From Phyllobates terribilis (taxonomy: Eukaryota), in assembly GCF_046119375.1 (NCBI RefSeq), contig NW_027362762.1:388926001-388990000 (forward strand): a stretch of 64,000 nt of DNA. The letters are read 5' to 3'. Made by a program: the position numbers and the translations under genes. The notes beneath the pieces were generated by a model that saw nothing but the letters and a program-made list of their open reading frames with translations, ran no database searches and had not been told where the DNA came from. Positions within the stretch are counted from its first letter, which is position 1; every line of letters begins with the position of its first letter. Below, piece by piece: positions 47,742-60,874 of the stretch.

Positions 47742-48212
47742 CTTGCACATAACTCTTTATACCTGTATACTGCTATATATATTTGAAACTAGGTCAATTA
47801 CAGCCACTCTTGGCTACTCTTATCCTATATATTTATGTACTATTTTGTACACTCTGGTGTATATTTTTTGACCTTTATGATAAATTGTACATGCCTTTGT
47901 ATGTGTTGCAGATATTCAATGATCCCCCTCCCCCTTTTTTACTTATTTTAATAGATCTAGCTAAACATATTGATTTGTCAGTCGGAATAGTGCCCACTTT
48001 TCATCTGGTTGTTTTCCCACCTTGTAATACCAAATCCTTGATCAATAAAGTTTGTATATATATTTATTCACCATCACTATTGAATTGACTGTCGGTTTTT
48101 CTTGTCTTGCTTGATTTTTTATGATTTCTCCGATGGGTCACCATTTAGTCCTTAGTATACGTGCACTTATAGCAGGAAACTTCTCCCGATATTTAGCTTG
48201 ATACTTAGTTAA

Positions 48213-48769
48213 AGAAGTTGTCCAGTATTTTATATTATCCCCCCAATGTATCCACCCGAGGCCCCTAAGGATTTTTGTAAATACCTTACATTGCTGTTTC
48301 TGCCTGTGAGCGGCGCTATCCTTGGCCGCTCACAGGCATCACGTGACCCCGCGCTGACGTCACGACAAGTGAGATGTGACTCAGCGCTGGGGTCCCCGCG
48401 GTGGCTGCTGGGTTGTGGGCAGGGGTTACCCTCCGCGTCACACCCAGCATCCACTGCGCGCTTTCCAAATGAATGAGGAGAGGTAGAGCGCGCGATGGAT
48501 GCCGGGTGTGACGCGGGGGGGCTAACCCCGCCCACAGCCTGGCATCCACCGTGGAACGCAGAAGACAGAGACCCCCGGCTGCTGCCAGCACTTGTCGTGA
48601 TGTCAGCGGATGTCAGAGCCGGCTGCAGCTGGGGGTCACGTGATGCCTGTGAGCAGCCAGTGATAGCGCCGCTCACAGGCAGTATCAGCAAAGTAAGGTA
48701 ATTACAAAAATTCTTAGGGGCCCCGGGGGGATACATTGGGGGGGTAATACAAAGTAGTGCCCAACCCCT
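48213..48769. mobile_element. TTAA-type MITE
   Basis: TTAA|AGAAGTTGTCCAGTATTT ... AAAGTAGTGCCCAACCCCT|TTAA, with long inverted arms. Confidence 0.82.
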
Positions 48770-49071
48770 TTAACTTATATAATATTAATTGCATGTGTAT
48801 TATCATTAGTATTTACTTTTGAGCTTGATTCTGATTAAATACTCTACAGAAACACACAGACTCCCTGGATGGGCAGCACCACAAGACCCAGGCACACCAA
48901 TACGCTTGGCTGTACTGCCAGCAGGATAAAAGTTGCAAAGCCTGATGTAAGAGGCAGAGGTTGTAGGATCCCACAAGGTTGAAAGATAAAGCTTGCATGC
49001 AGCACCTAAACTATTGAAAGCCATGCCAGAAACTCCTGGAACAGAATGCTTGTTCCTTGCTCAGATGTCAT

Positions 49072-49498
49072 AGGGAATCTGTCACCATGTTTTTGACACC
49101 TAACCTGAGAGCAGCATAATGTAGGGACATAGAGATACTGATTCCAGAGATGTATCACTTACTAGGCTGCCTACTGTAGTTTCTATAACATCACAGTTTT
49201 ATCAGCAGGACATTATCACTAAAGGACTAGTAAACCAGCTGCTAGTTAGTCCTCCATATTCATGAGCTCTGTATAACCCCGCCCCCACCACTGAATGTCA
49301 GCTTTCAATCAGTGGTGTGGATGGGTTACTCAGAGCTCAGCATTTAGATAACTGTTAGATCTGCAGTAGATAAAACAGTGATTTTATCAATACTACAGCA
49401 TGCAGCCCAGTCAGTGACATATCGCTGGAATCAAGGTCTCTGCCCCTACATTATGCTGCTCTGAGATAACATAGCTAAACCCTGGTGACAGATTCGCT
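49072..49498. mobile_element. TTAA-type palindromic MITE
   Basis: AGGGAATCTGTCACCA ... TGGTGACAGATTCGCT|TTAA. Left TSD degenerate. Confidence 0.75.
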
Positions 49499-50755
49499 TT
49501 AAGAGATGTCGTGATCTGACCTGATACAATGGTTGCATCCTATTATAGTACCACACTAAAATTAATTGAGGTCTTTAGAATGACCCAATCTTTCACAAAT
49601 GATTTTCAAGGCAGACTGCATGAATTTTATACATTAGTAGGACTGAATGTGAATGTGCAATGCCAGCACTTCTGATGTGTTGTATATGCCACTTTTCTTT
49701 ACTTACAATATCAAAAATACTTACTGAATGCACCTTATCTTTTCATATACTGTAGTATCATGGAACGGATGAATATGGTGTTATGGACATGATGCTAAGA
49801 GGCATGCATCTGCCTTCTCGCTGATCACATTAGTCAAGTGTCTTGTGAGACAAGGCTTAGGATCAATATCAATTTCATGTATCAGGTAACGCAGTTAGGT
49901 TATTTCTCGGACAGGGCATCCAGCACTCAATATTTTATACAGATGGAGGAAATGATACTTTCATACATGGTAAATATTAATATATAGCAATAATTGTGAC
50001 ATGTGGGGCTTGTGAGACCGATGTCGAAGGATTCTTTCATATTAAATTGAGTGTTATTTCTGACATTTTTCCAAATATTATTGCAATACACACTTACCAT
50101 AATTTTGCCATTTGCTCCATTTAGTTCAACTTACAAACCAATGAATTATAATAGTAACACAAAAATGCAGATCTTGTTAGGAAGAGCTATGGACCTCAAT
50201 GGGCTGTATAATGTATGCAAGTCATACTTGACATGTCAGCAAAGGTTGAATTCCCCTTCATTTATGGCCACAGCCTGTAGTCCGTGATGTGACAGGTGGT
50301 CGGTCATCTGAACTTTGCATCCTGTAGTGGCCTGCTGCCACTCTGGGGGTCTGATTTCAGCAGAGTGCTTAGTTATGCAGAGCGTCCTATAGATAGTACC
50401 AAATGATGGAAGGGCTTGTTTACATACACTATGTCAAATGGGAAATCAGTTCCTTCTACCTTACAAAAATGTGAATTACACAGGTACAGAGGACCCATAA
50501 GTGATGCACTAAAACTCTCACATTGTCCTTTTTTTCTTATTCACACACACACAGGCTGTCACAGACAATTGCTCAGCAAGTTTTAAAGAAACTAGACTCC
50601 TCGGGCTTTGCATTCTTTATGGGACACAGTCCTCTCTTATTTTATTCATTGATAACCATTCCTGTCCCACGTGACTTGATGTTTCAGGTTCCTCCACTGC
50701 AGTGTTTCCCAAACCCCATCCCCCCACAGGTCATGTTTTCAGGATCTCCTTAGTA

Positions 50756-52325
50756 CAGTCATGGCCAAAAGTATTGAGAAAGAGACAAATAGTATTTTTT
50801 CCAAAGTTTACTGCTTAATTTTTTGTAACGGCAATTTGCATATACTCCTGAATGTCAAAGAGTGATCAGCTTAACAGCAATTATTGTACTTGCAAAGTCA
50901 ATATTTGCCCAGAAAATGAACTTTAACCCCCAAAACACATTTCAACATCATTACAGTCCTGCCTTAAAAAGAGCAGCTAACATCGTTTTAGTGATTGATC
51001 CATTAACACAGGTGTGGGTGTTGATGAGGACAGGGCTGGCGATCAATCAGTTATGATTAAGTAAGAATGACATCACTGGACACTTTAAAAGGAGGCTGGT
51101 TCTTGGTATCATTGTTTCTCTTCAGTTAACCATGGTTATCTCTAAAGAAACACGTGCAGCCATCATTGCACTGCACAAAAATGGCCTAACAGGGAAGAGT
51201 ATCGCAGCTACAAAGATTGCACCTCAGTCAACAATCTATCGCATCATCAAGAACTTCAAGGAGAGAGCTTCCATTGTTGTCAAAAAGGCTCCAGGGCGCC
51301 CAAGAAAGACCAGCAAGCGCCAGGACCGTATGTTAAAACTGTTTCAGCTGCGGGATCGGACTACCAGCAGTGCTGAGCTTGCTCAGGAATGGCAGCAGGC
51401 TGGTGTGAGTGCTTCTGCACGCACTGTGAGGCGGAGACTCTTTGAGCAAGGGCTGGTTTCAAGGAGGGCAGCAAAGAAGCCACTTCTCTCCAGAAAAAAC
51501 ATCAGGGACCGACTGATATTCTGCAAAAGGTACAGGGAGTGGACTGCTGAGGACTGGGGCAAAGTCATTTTCTCTGATGAATCCCCTTTTCGATTGTTTG
51601 GGACCTCTGGAAAACAGCTTATTCGGAGAAGAAGAGGTGAGCGCTACCACCAGTCTTGTCTCATGCCAACTGTAAAGCATCCTGAAACTATTCATGTGTG
51701 GGGTTGCTTCTCAGCCAAGGGAATCGGCTCACTCACAGTCTTGCCTAAAAACACAGCCATGAATAAAGATTGGTACCAGAATGTCCTTCAAGAGCAACTT
51801 CTCCCAACCGTCCAAGAGCAGTTTGGCGCCCAACAATGCCTTTTCCAGCATGATGGAGCACCTTGCCATAAAGCAAAGGTGATAACTAAATGGCTCATGG
51901 AACAAAACATAGAGATTTTGGGTCCATGGCCTGGAAACTCCCCAGATCTTAATCCCATTGAGAACTTGTGGTCAATCATCAAGAGACGGGTGGACAAACA
52001 AAAACCAACAAATTCTGGCAAAATGCAAGCATTGATTATGCAAGAATGGACTGCTATCAGTCAGGATTTGGTCCAAAAGTTGATTGAGAGCATGCCAGGG
52101 AGAATTACAGAGGTCTTGAAGAAGAAGGGGCAACACTGCAAATATTGACTTGCTGCATTAACTCATTCTAACTGTCAATATAACCTATTGGTACTCATAA
52201 TATGATTGCAATTATATTTCTGTATGTGATATAAACAACAGACAAACACTAATAAAAACCAGAGGCCAGCAGATCATGTGAAAATATAATTTTGGTGTCA
52301 TTCTCAAAACTTTTGGCCATGACTG
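50756..52325 (+). mobile_element. Full-length Tc1/mariner transposon (1570 bp), DD35E type
   Basis: TA TSD at 50754-50755 and 52326-52327. 25-bp TIR CAGTCATGGCCAAAAGT(A/T)TTGAGAA with one mismatch. Intact transposase. Confidence 0.95.
51132..52148 (+). CDS. Tc1-type transposase, 338 aa, DD35E catalytic triad
   Basis: Paired-like HTH N-terminus, GRPRK, FSDES, VWGCF, QHDGAPCH, WPGNSPDLNPIENLW. 35 residues counted between the second D and E. Confidence 0.95.
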   Translation: MVISKETRAAIIALHKNGLTGKSIAATKIAPQSTIYRIIKNFKERASIVVKKAPGRPRKTSKRQDRMLKLFQLRDRTTSSAELAQEWQQAGVSASARTVRRRLFEQGLVSRRAAKKPLLSRKNIRDRLIFCKRYREWTAEDWGKVIFSDESPFRLFGTSGKQLIRRRRGERYHQSCLMPTVKHPETIHVWGCFSAKGIGSLTVLPKNTAMNKDWYQNVLQEQLLPTVQEQFGAQQCLFQHDGAPCHKAKVITKWLMEQNIEILGPWPGNSPDLNPIENLWSIIKRRVDKQKPTNSGKMQALIMQEWTAISQDLVQKLIESMPGRITEVLKKKGQHCKY

Positions 52326-52725
52326 TATTACACAGGTGATTGAAGTATCATCAAGGCATCAGGAATTCTCTCACCTGTGCAATACTAAGAAGATCCTGAA
52401 AACATGACCTGTGGGGGGCCGTGAGGATGGGGTTTGGGAAACACTGCTCTAGTGTATGACAGCTTGGGGTCTGGTGTTGACCTCTACATATGGTATTCCT
52501 AAGTAATTTAGAACTACTTTTTGGATTCTGTTTTTTTATTATTATACTCTCTATTCCGTCTATATAAATTTTGCCAAAAACAGGCCCTCAAAGATCCGCT
52601 TTGGAAATTATTTTTTTTCCAGTCTGAAACTATCTCCCAGGTGTTCCTGTGCCTTTTTTTTAGAACGAAAGGCCAATCTTAAAGGGCTGTCTCGTGATGA
52701 CAATCACTATGCATTTGCCCTATAA

Positions 52726-52919
52726 GGCCACGTTCACACATTCAGTATTTGGTCAGTATTTTACCTCAGTATGTGTAAGCCAAAATCAGGAGTGGGTGAT
52801 AAATACAGAAGTGGTGACGTGTTTCTATTATACTTTTCCTCTGATTGTTCCACTCCTGGTTTTGGCTCACAAATACTGAGGTAAAATCCTGAACAAATAC
52901 TGAAGCTGTAAACATGGCC
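52726..52919. mobile_element. Short Harbinger-type MITE
   Basis: TAA|GGCCACGTTCACA ... TGTAAACATGGCC|TTA, with palindromic arms. Confidence 0.72.
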
Positions 52920-54305
52920 TTACACAGATGGTCATTTATGTGAATGTCAGTCATGCAATACAACATTTCTCTCCTTGCAGTTACTTCTGCAGAGGAAATA
53001 CAGTATGTCTTGGCTTCTCCATGCAAAAGGCTGCTGTTTGACAGGCGTGCTTATGAGAAAACGCTTTCAAAGGGCAACTAAAATCTGTAATTCTAATATG
53101 ATATTCAGTCTACATGGTAAGAAACAAAAAGATAAATCACTCCAACCACATATCAATGACTCCATTACCTTTTTTAATTCAATTTTACAATTCAATTTTT
53201 GCCCTAAAATGCAAGGTAAAAAAAATACATAAAAAGCTCAGTCATTGCACAAAATATTTATTTGTACAAATTAAATAGTTTCATAGTGTAAGTCTCATTG
53301 TATTTTCCACAAACTTGAACAGATGATGTGTTACACAAATAAGCAATAGAAAATCCTCGAAAGGACTAAAATCCATCAAGTATACAAAAATAAAATAATG
53401 CATAGGAAATTAAGGTACAAAACTCTTATTAGCAATTGATTACTTCCAATAGAATTAAACATATTAGTTAACAAATATACATTATAAGGCTACATCAGTC
53501 TAAGGATACATTATAACAACAAGCACTACATTTTCTAGTATACCTTCACATATTACAAATCCAAATGTAGAAACAAATTAACATCACATTTGTAACGTTA
53601 CAGAATTTGTATTCAAATGATTGTACAACAAAAACCTGAATCCTCCATATGTGAAGAAGTAAGGAGATGTCACAGCGGCAGCGCTCACCCCCATATAGGA
53701 GTGGCTGGGTGGTACAATAAGGAATGAACCTCACATGTAAGGTACAGCACAGAAGAACACTTTTATTTGGTGCTAACATATAAATTCACAGTAGTTTTTT
53801 AAACACAGAAGTTTGGGGAATCGTAATTCTGACGTGAAAATAAACTTGACAGGAATATAATATGAGGCCACCTAATAAACTGGATTTGATGTTACCAATA
53901 TACAGCATGATACTAATTAGCACTGCTAATTCCACATATGGTAAGCTGCCCATATCATTAAATGCCAAATTGCAATTTACTGAAATTCACATCTTTAAAA
54001 ATATATATACCGTATATAATATATATATAGTAGTTGGTTTATAAATCAAGTGTAACTTGACCTGGTATAGTGACAGCATATTTAGATCTTCACTATGTAA
54101 CTAAGGCATGGGTTATACTTATAGGGCATGTGCACACAGCCTCCTTTTAAGGTGGATGCTGCCTGGAATCCACCTGATAGTTAAAAATAATGAACATATG
54201 CACAATAATGTAACAATGTCAAAAAGACTTGCTATGTATATGTTCCGTCTTTTCTAAAAGAAGTGACCTAACCATTTTGCATACTAGCCGCCACTATTTT
54301 ATATA

Positions 54306-55803
54306 CCGTATTTTTCGGACTATAAGACGCACCAAACCATAAGACGCACCTAGGTTTTAGAGGAGGAAAATAGGGAAAAAAAATGTAGGCAAAAAATGTG
54401 GTCATGATTCCCTGTTATGGGGGAGGGTGTCTGCTGCTGACACTGGTATTGGGGTAATGTCCCCCAATTCTGTTAATATCCTCCATCCTGGTATGCATGG
54501 CCCCTCCTTCCTGGTATACGTGGCCCCCATCCCATCCTGGTATACGTGGCCCTCATCCCCATCCAGGAATGCATGGTACCCCTTGATCCCCCATCTTGGT
54601 ATGCATGGCACCCCTTGATCCCCCATCTTGGTATGCATGGCATCCCTTGATCCCCCTTCCTAGTATGCATGGCACCCCCTGATCCCTATCCAAGTATTTA
54701 TGGCAACCCTTGATCCCCCATCCTGGTATGCATGGCACCCCCTGATCCCCATCCTAGTATTCATGGCACCCCTTGATCCCCCATCCTGGAATGCATGGCA
54801 CCCCTTTATCCCCCATCCTGGTATTCATGGCACCCCTTGATCCCCCATCCTGGTATGCATGGCACCACTTTATCCCCTATCCTGGTAGACATAGCACCCC
54901 CTGATCCCCATCCTAGTATTCCTGACACCCCTTAATCCCCCATCCTGGTATGCATGGCACCCCTTGATCCCCCATCCTGGTATTCATGGCACCTCTTGAT
55001 CCCCCATCCTGGTATTTATGGCACCCATTGATCCCCCATCCTGGTGTGCATGGCACCCCTTTATCCCCCATCCTGGTATTCATGGCACCCCTGATCCCAA
55101 TCCTGGTAATGCATGGCACCCCTTGAGCCCCCATCATGCTGCCCACAAAAAAAAATAAACAATCATACTCACCTCCTCTCTCCTCCAGCGCTGTCCCACT
55201 CTGCTGCCGAGACTCTCACTGTGTGAGCCGCGCATGGCAAAGCGCGCATGGCGTCCCTGCCATGCGTCCTCACACAGTGTAAGATGCTGTGCCGAAATAG
55301 TCACTGCTCCCCACGCAGGGACTCTGTGCATGGGGAGCAGTGACCATTCAGTCTCTTCAATAGCCGGCACACTGTACCTGCAGCGTGGCTCCTGCTGCCG
55401 CTCTGCGGTCTGTGTGCCTGCTATTACAGACCATGAATATTCACTACAATCCATGGGAGTGGGTTGTAGGGAATATTCATGAGCTTTAATAGCGGGCACA
55501 CAGACCGCAGAGCGGCATCAGGAGCCGTGCTGTGGCTACAGTGTGTCGGCTATTAAGGAAAATGAATATTCATGGGTCTCCATGCCCCTGGGCGTGAGGA
55601 GCAGGAAATATTAATTTTCTTTAGTAGTGGGCACAGGGTAGGCTGCAGCAGGCCGCTGCTGCCTCCTATGCCCCGCTGATCCCCCGATGCCGCTCCCCCA
55701 GACCCACCACCATGCAAGGCCATACAGTAATATAGTATTCGGAGTAGAAGATGCACCCCCCACTTTCCTCCAAAATTTTGGAGGAAAAAAGTGCGTCTTA
55801 TAG
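54306..55803. mobile_element. Non-autonomous Tc1/mariner-superfamily (Tc2-like terminus) element with internal minisatellite
   Basis: TA|CCGTATTTTTCGGACTATAAGACGCAC left end. The right end retains GTGCGTCTTATAG but lacks the outer TIR. Confidence 0.7.
54490..55135. repeat. 32-33-bp minisatellite (catcctggtatgcatggcaccccttgatcccc)n
   Basis: About 20 degenerate tandem units. Confidence 0.92.
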
Positions 55804-57649
55804 GTAATTTGTTTATGTAACAAATTATTCAAGGGTTGTCCCGGAATTACAACATAGCACCTATACTGTGTCTAATCATTAGGGTTCCACCTATGGAATC
55901 CACATGAGACCAGGGTTGTGTCCACAGTTTGAGAGCGATGTATTTGGTTACCTCTGTCAGTCTCATAGACAATGAATGAAACAACAGCGTGCATGCAATC
56001 ATAGCCGTATGACATTGTGAATAGGTGATAAGTTGTAACTGAGGGACAAACCCTTCCATTGCAGTTAGATATTGTAAAGCCCATATTTATCACCTTAATC
56101 TACTAAATAAATTATCTTTAATAAAAATGCACACAGAACGTGTATACTCATTTTATGGTTCTTTTTGGTCATTGTAAATTATATTGTACTGACTAGTCCT
56201 ATTGCCACTAACTATGATTTTCCTGTGATTTTACATCCCATGTAAAAAGTATACTGTAAATGACAGAGTACAGGAGGTAGTATGTTTGAGTAATATCTTT
56301 TAAACTCATTCAAGACCAAGACCTTCAGATGCGTAAATGTCCATAGCAACATTTCACCTTTAGGATTGGTACATTTGGGTATTTTTTATTTTATATTAAT
56401 ATTTTCTCTTAATTTTCAGCACAGATGGGGCTTTTATGTAGTGCCAAAACACAACAGATATCTTTTAATTTTCAATTTTCTATAAGAAAAAAAAACATTT
56501 CCTTTACTTTACCATGTAATTTAATGTAATTAGCCTAGTGGGCTCATTAGCCTAACAGCATACAGATTTTTTTTTAATTCTAGGCAAAAAGTGGATTGAA
56601 ACAGAGACAAAACAAAGTGACCAAGTATGTGGATTTGATGTAACATAAATTTGGTGATATGGACACAATATTTTATGGGTCCATGAGAACCGTATTAGAG
56701 GCACATTTTTTTTTATTTCACTGAATTTTCTTTTTACTACTTATTTTAATTAATAGTATTATGCTTTGTTTTTTTTTATTTTACATTATTTTTTTGTTTT
56801 TAATTTTTTCATATGGGCCTAGAGAGTACTGGAAAGTACTGGGATAACCTGACCTGTGTTATTCCAAAATCCCTCTGTATGGTGATCACATATAACTATG
56901 ATCTATCAGCATGATTGCCATTAAATCATTCTTACTAGTGAATTGCATATCAAGTAATGCTGGGAGGAGACAGATCATGTTCTCCCAACATCCTGCTTTC
57001 CTCCATCTTACAGTTGGATGCTCATGACATAATAGTGTCTCATGATTTCACAGGAACAGTATAGACGCCCTCAGCTCTCTACCTAATAATGGGCTAAATC
57101 ACTGATGAAATGCACTGCCTGAATATAGAAAGAACTGTGCAGTAACGGCAGCACAATTATAGCTGCACAGTCCCTTTCTATCAGCTCCCTTCACTCATCT
57201 TTATCATTAGTGCAGAGGGAAAATAGGAAGCTGAACAATCTGTGTGGTTGGAGGAGCAGTTCATGAGAGCATCGGACATTCTAAGCAGTTTGTGTGAGAT
57301 AGTGTATATGAGAAGAAGTTTATGAGGTGGAATCATAAGGGAGAAGTCTGTGTGAGAGGGGATGTCATGGGGAGCAGTGTGAAAGAAAGACTATAGGAAA
57401 CATTCTGAGAGGAGGTTATAGGAGCCGTCTTTGTAACTAGAAGGGCATAGGGTACAGTCTGCACAACATAAGGAGGCGTGAGAAGCAATTTGTGAGAGGT
57501 GAAAGGATGTAAAAGTAATGGAGCATAGGGGGCAGTGGCATACTGCTTATCACACCCACCATCACACTTTCAACTGTATCTCCATCCCAGATGCAGATAT
57601 TGTTGAAAGCAATAATGGGACATGGAGCCGTCAGCGACCTACTCCATCA

Positions 57650-59220
57650 TTCTCCCGGAGGGCTATGTGGGAGCCATTATACTGTGTGGAGAGCTATGTG
57701 GAGACCATTATACTGTTTGGGGGGCTTTGTGGGGAACATTATACTGTTAGAAGGGTTACACTTTTTAGAAGGCTATGTGGGGGGGGGGACATTAAATTGT
57801 TTGAAGGGCTATGTGAGGGAGGGCATTAAACAGTATGGAGGGATATGTGGGGGGCCATGAAACAGTTAAAAACAGTTTGGAGGGCTGTGTGGTGGCCTTT
57901 ATACTGTGTAGACTGCTATGTAGGGGTCATTATACTGTTTGAAGTGCTATGTGATGTGCCATTATACTGAGTGCAGACCATTATACAGTGTGGAGGGTTG
58001 TGTGGGGTCTGCCTTACTGTGTGGAGGGTTGTATGAGATCCATCAGGCCTGTGTGTGGACCATCATATTGTGTGCAGGGCTATGGGGGGGCCTCATATTG
58101 TGTGGGAGGACTGTGTCAGGGCCATCTTACTATGTGGGTGACTGTGTCGGGGTCATCTTACTGTGTGTGGGGAACTGTGGGAGCTATCATACTGTGTTGG
58201 GGTCACTATGGGGGCATTATACTGTGTTGGGGACACTGGGGTATCATACTTTGCGAGGAGTACTGTAGGGTCATAATATTAACAACAAAGTTCCGCACTT
58301 GGAATCCTGAAAATTGTTACTGGTTATTAAACTCAATTCACATTAACACACCTACTCTTCTCAAATGGGACACAAGTCCCTCGAGAAAAGAAAACGAGTA
58401 TTTAAACCTTAAAAAATCAATATTTTATTAAGACAGCATTAAAACATGGTAAAACAAATCACAGTGCTTCACATATAAGAACGGGCATATATATATATAC
58501 ACAACCACTGTTGCTATGGATATGGAGTTGCAAATTTGCAGTATACTACTCACAAATGCGACCGTATTGCTTGTTCAAAGACATAAATGAAATTAAACAT
58601 AGTAGTGCCAATAAAATTATCTATCTTTGTAAAGCCATGGTCGCTAGTGGAAGGAATGTTATAAAATATTGTGCAAAAAGATGCAGGAAAAAGCCCATAA
58701 GCATCAAAACATAAACAACAGTGGAAAAACCTAATTAGGTCACGCCAACAGGGAAATACTAAATGTAATTACCTGAATCTGTATATTGACGCTAGAGCTA
58801 GGGGGCGACAGACGGGCTACTATGTTTAATTTCATTTATATCTTTGAACAAGCAATACGGTCGCATTTGTGAGTAGTATACTGCAAATTTGCAACTCCAT
58901 ATCCATAGCAACAGTGGTTGTGTATATATATATATGCCCGTTCTTATATGTGAAGCACTGTGATTTGTTTTACCATGTTTTAATGCTGTCTTAATAAAAT
59001 ATTGATTTTTTAAGGTTTAAATACTCGTTTTCTTTTCTCGAGGGACTTGTGTCCCATTTGAGAAGAGTAGGTGTGTTAGGGTCATAATATTGTGCGTGTG
59101 GGGGATACTGTGGGGCAATTCACTGTGGGGGTATCATACTTTGTTTGCGGGACACGTTTGTTAGCATCTTACTATATGGGGGCCATGAAAGGGGTATCTT
59201 AGTGCGTGGGAACACTAAGG
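57650..59220. repeat. Old degenerate minisatellite (ggggcattatactgtgtggag-like), interrupted by the 58281-59076 insertion
   Basis: Recurrent attatactgt/atcatactgt cores with G-rich spacers on both sides of the insertion. Confidence 0.65.
58281..59076. mobile_element. 796-bp insertion with 262-bp inverted arms and a 15-bp TSD (Penelope-like retroelement inferred)
   Basis: Direct repeat TAGGGTCATAATATT at 58266-58280 and 59077-59091. Arms 58344-58605 and 58817-59078 are reverse complements with one mismatch seen. Family assignment is inference from architecture. Confidence 0.7.
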
Positions 59221-60664
59221 GGCCTCAATAGAAGCAAAACTACTTTGTAACACTTCTGATAGGGGGCAGTTTGTGTGAGGGATCATTTATTAAATCATTT
59301 CTCATTCGCCTCTTTAGGGTATATTCCCACACTGGATTTGTTGCAGAAATTTACGTGACTGTTCCACTTCTATGAATTGGTCTTACAGAACTGCATGTGC
59401 TGGACCCCAAAACAACCCCATTTATATGGATGTAGCCAATGTGCAGTGGCAGAAATTTCTGCGTAAAAACATGCTTTGTGTGAATGTACCCATATACTGT
59501 ACATCCCAGTGATCTGAAATCAGCAATGTCTGCATAACAAACACTTAAAATAAAATATCCTACTGCTCATTAGGGATTGTGCTGGTGTTATACAGTATGC
59601 TGACCTGAATTACAAAAAAATATAAATTCAATATATTTATTTAACACAGTTATAGATCGAATTATACATGAGGGTCTATGACTATACTGCATTGTTGTAC
59701 CACTGAAGACTTAGCACATTTATTCCATGTGACTTTAGCTTACTACTGGTCTTTGGTTTGTGTGTGCATATGGCAATTCAGAGACTGTAAATAACACTTA
59801 AAGTAAATGTAGTTTTAATTTTTATTTCATAAATAAATAGAACACATGAAAATAAGCAACTTTGTAATATATCTTAAAAGGTAAATATGCTTCTTTCATT
59901 TGTGCATATCTTGTCAGGAAAAGCACAACAAAAATGCACATTTTTGCTGTGTTTTTTACTTACATTTCAGTTTCCATACTGAAGAGAGGGGTGCAGCTTT
60001 TTCCCCACTCATTAGTATGGGTGAAATCTGCAGCAAAAATGCTAAAAGAATTGACATTCCGCAGATTTATATCTGCACCAAATCTACAAGTCACAAATAA
60101 GCAACATGTGCCTGAGACTTCAGGATTCTCATTCACTTTGCTGGCATTAGGAAATCCTTCAGGTTTTCTGACAAATCTGCACTGAAAAAATGTAGCAAAA
60201 ACGCAACCTGTGCACACAGCCTAAGAGTTAAGTTTTATTTACAGTGTCTAAAATTAGGTCTTTTTTGGCAATATGTTTATGTGAATTGTTTATCCCTACA
60301 CAGACTGTAAAATGGTGTTTTGCTAGTATGCATATTACATTTAACCCCTCATATGCCTAGTATTATTGGGGTACTTATTGCTCTCTTATACTTTGTGTTT
60401 GCCTTGAACACTAGACTGCAATTACGAAAGTTAATAAAATATAGGTCAGTTTTGTTGACTGAGATAGTCTTTTTTATTTAGCCATACTGTTCCATTATTT
60501 TATGGAAAGAAAAAGGGCCATCATGTTGTATGTTAGGGCAATAGCTTTTACAGAGTATATTCACAAAAGTGGATGACCTTCTTTGATTTTAAGCACATAG
60601 ACACCCTCGGAAATATAAATGTTGAAGTAATTTAGGAGAACTTGAATAACACTTCTGCAAGGAC

Positions 60665-60874
<210 letters not shown>

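Larger units (their letters stand above)
50700..52446. mobile_element. Small hAT MITE (about 175 bp) hosting the Tc1 element
   Basis: CAGTGTTTCCCAAACCCCATC ... GATGGGGTTTGGGAAACACTG. Flanks CTCCACTG and CTCTAGTG match at 6 of 8 positions. Confidence 0.8.
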
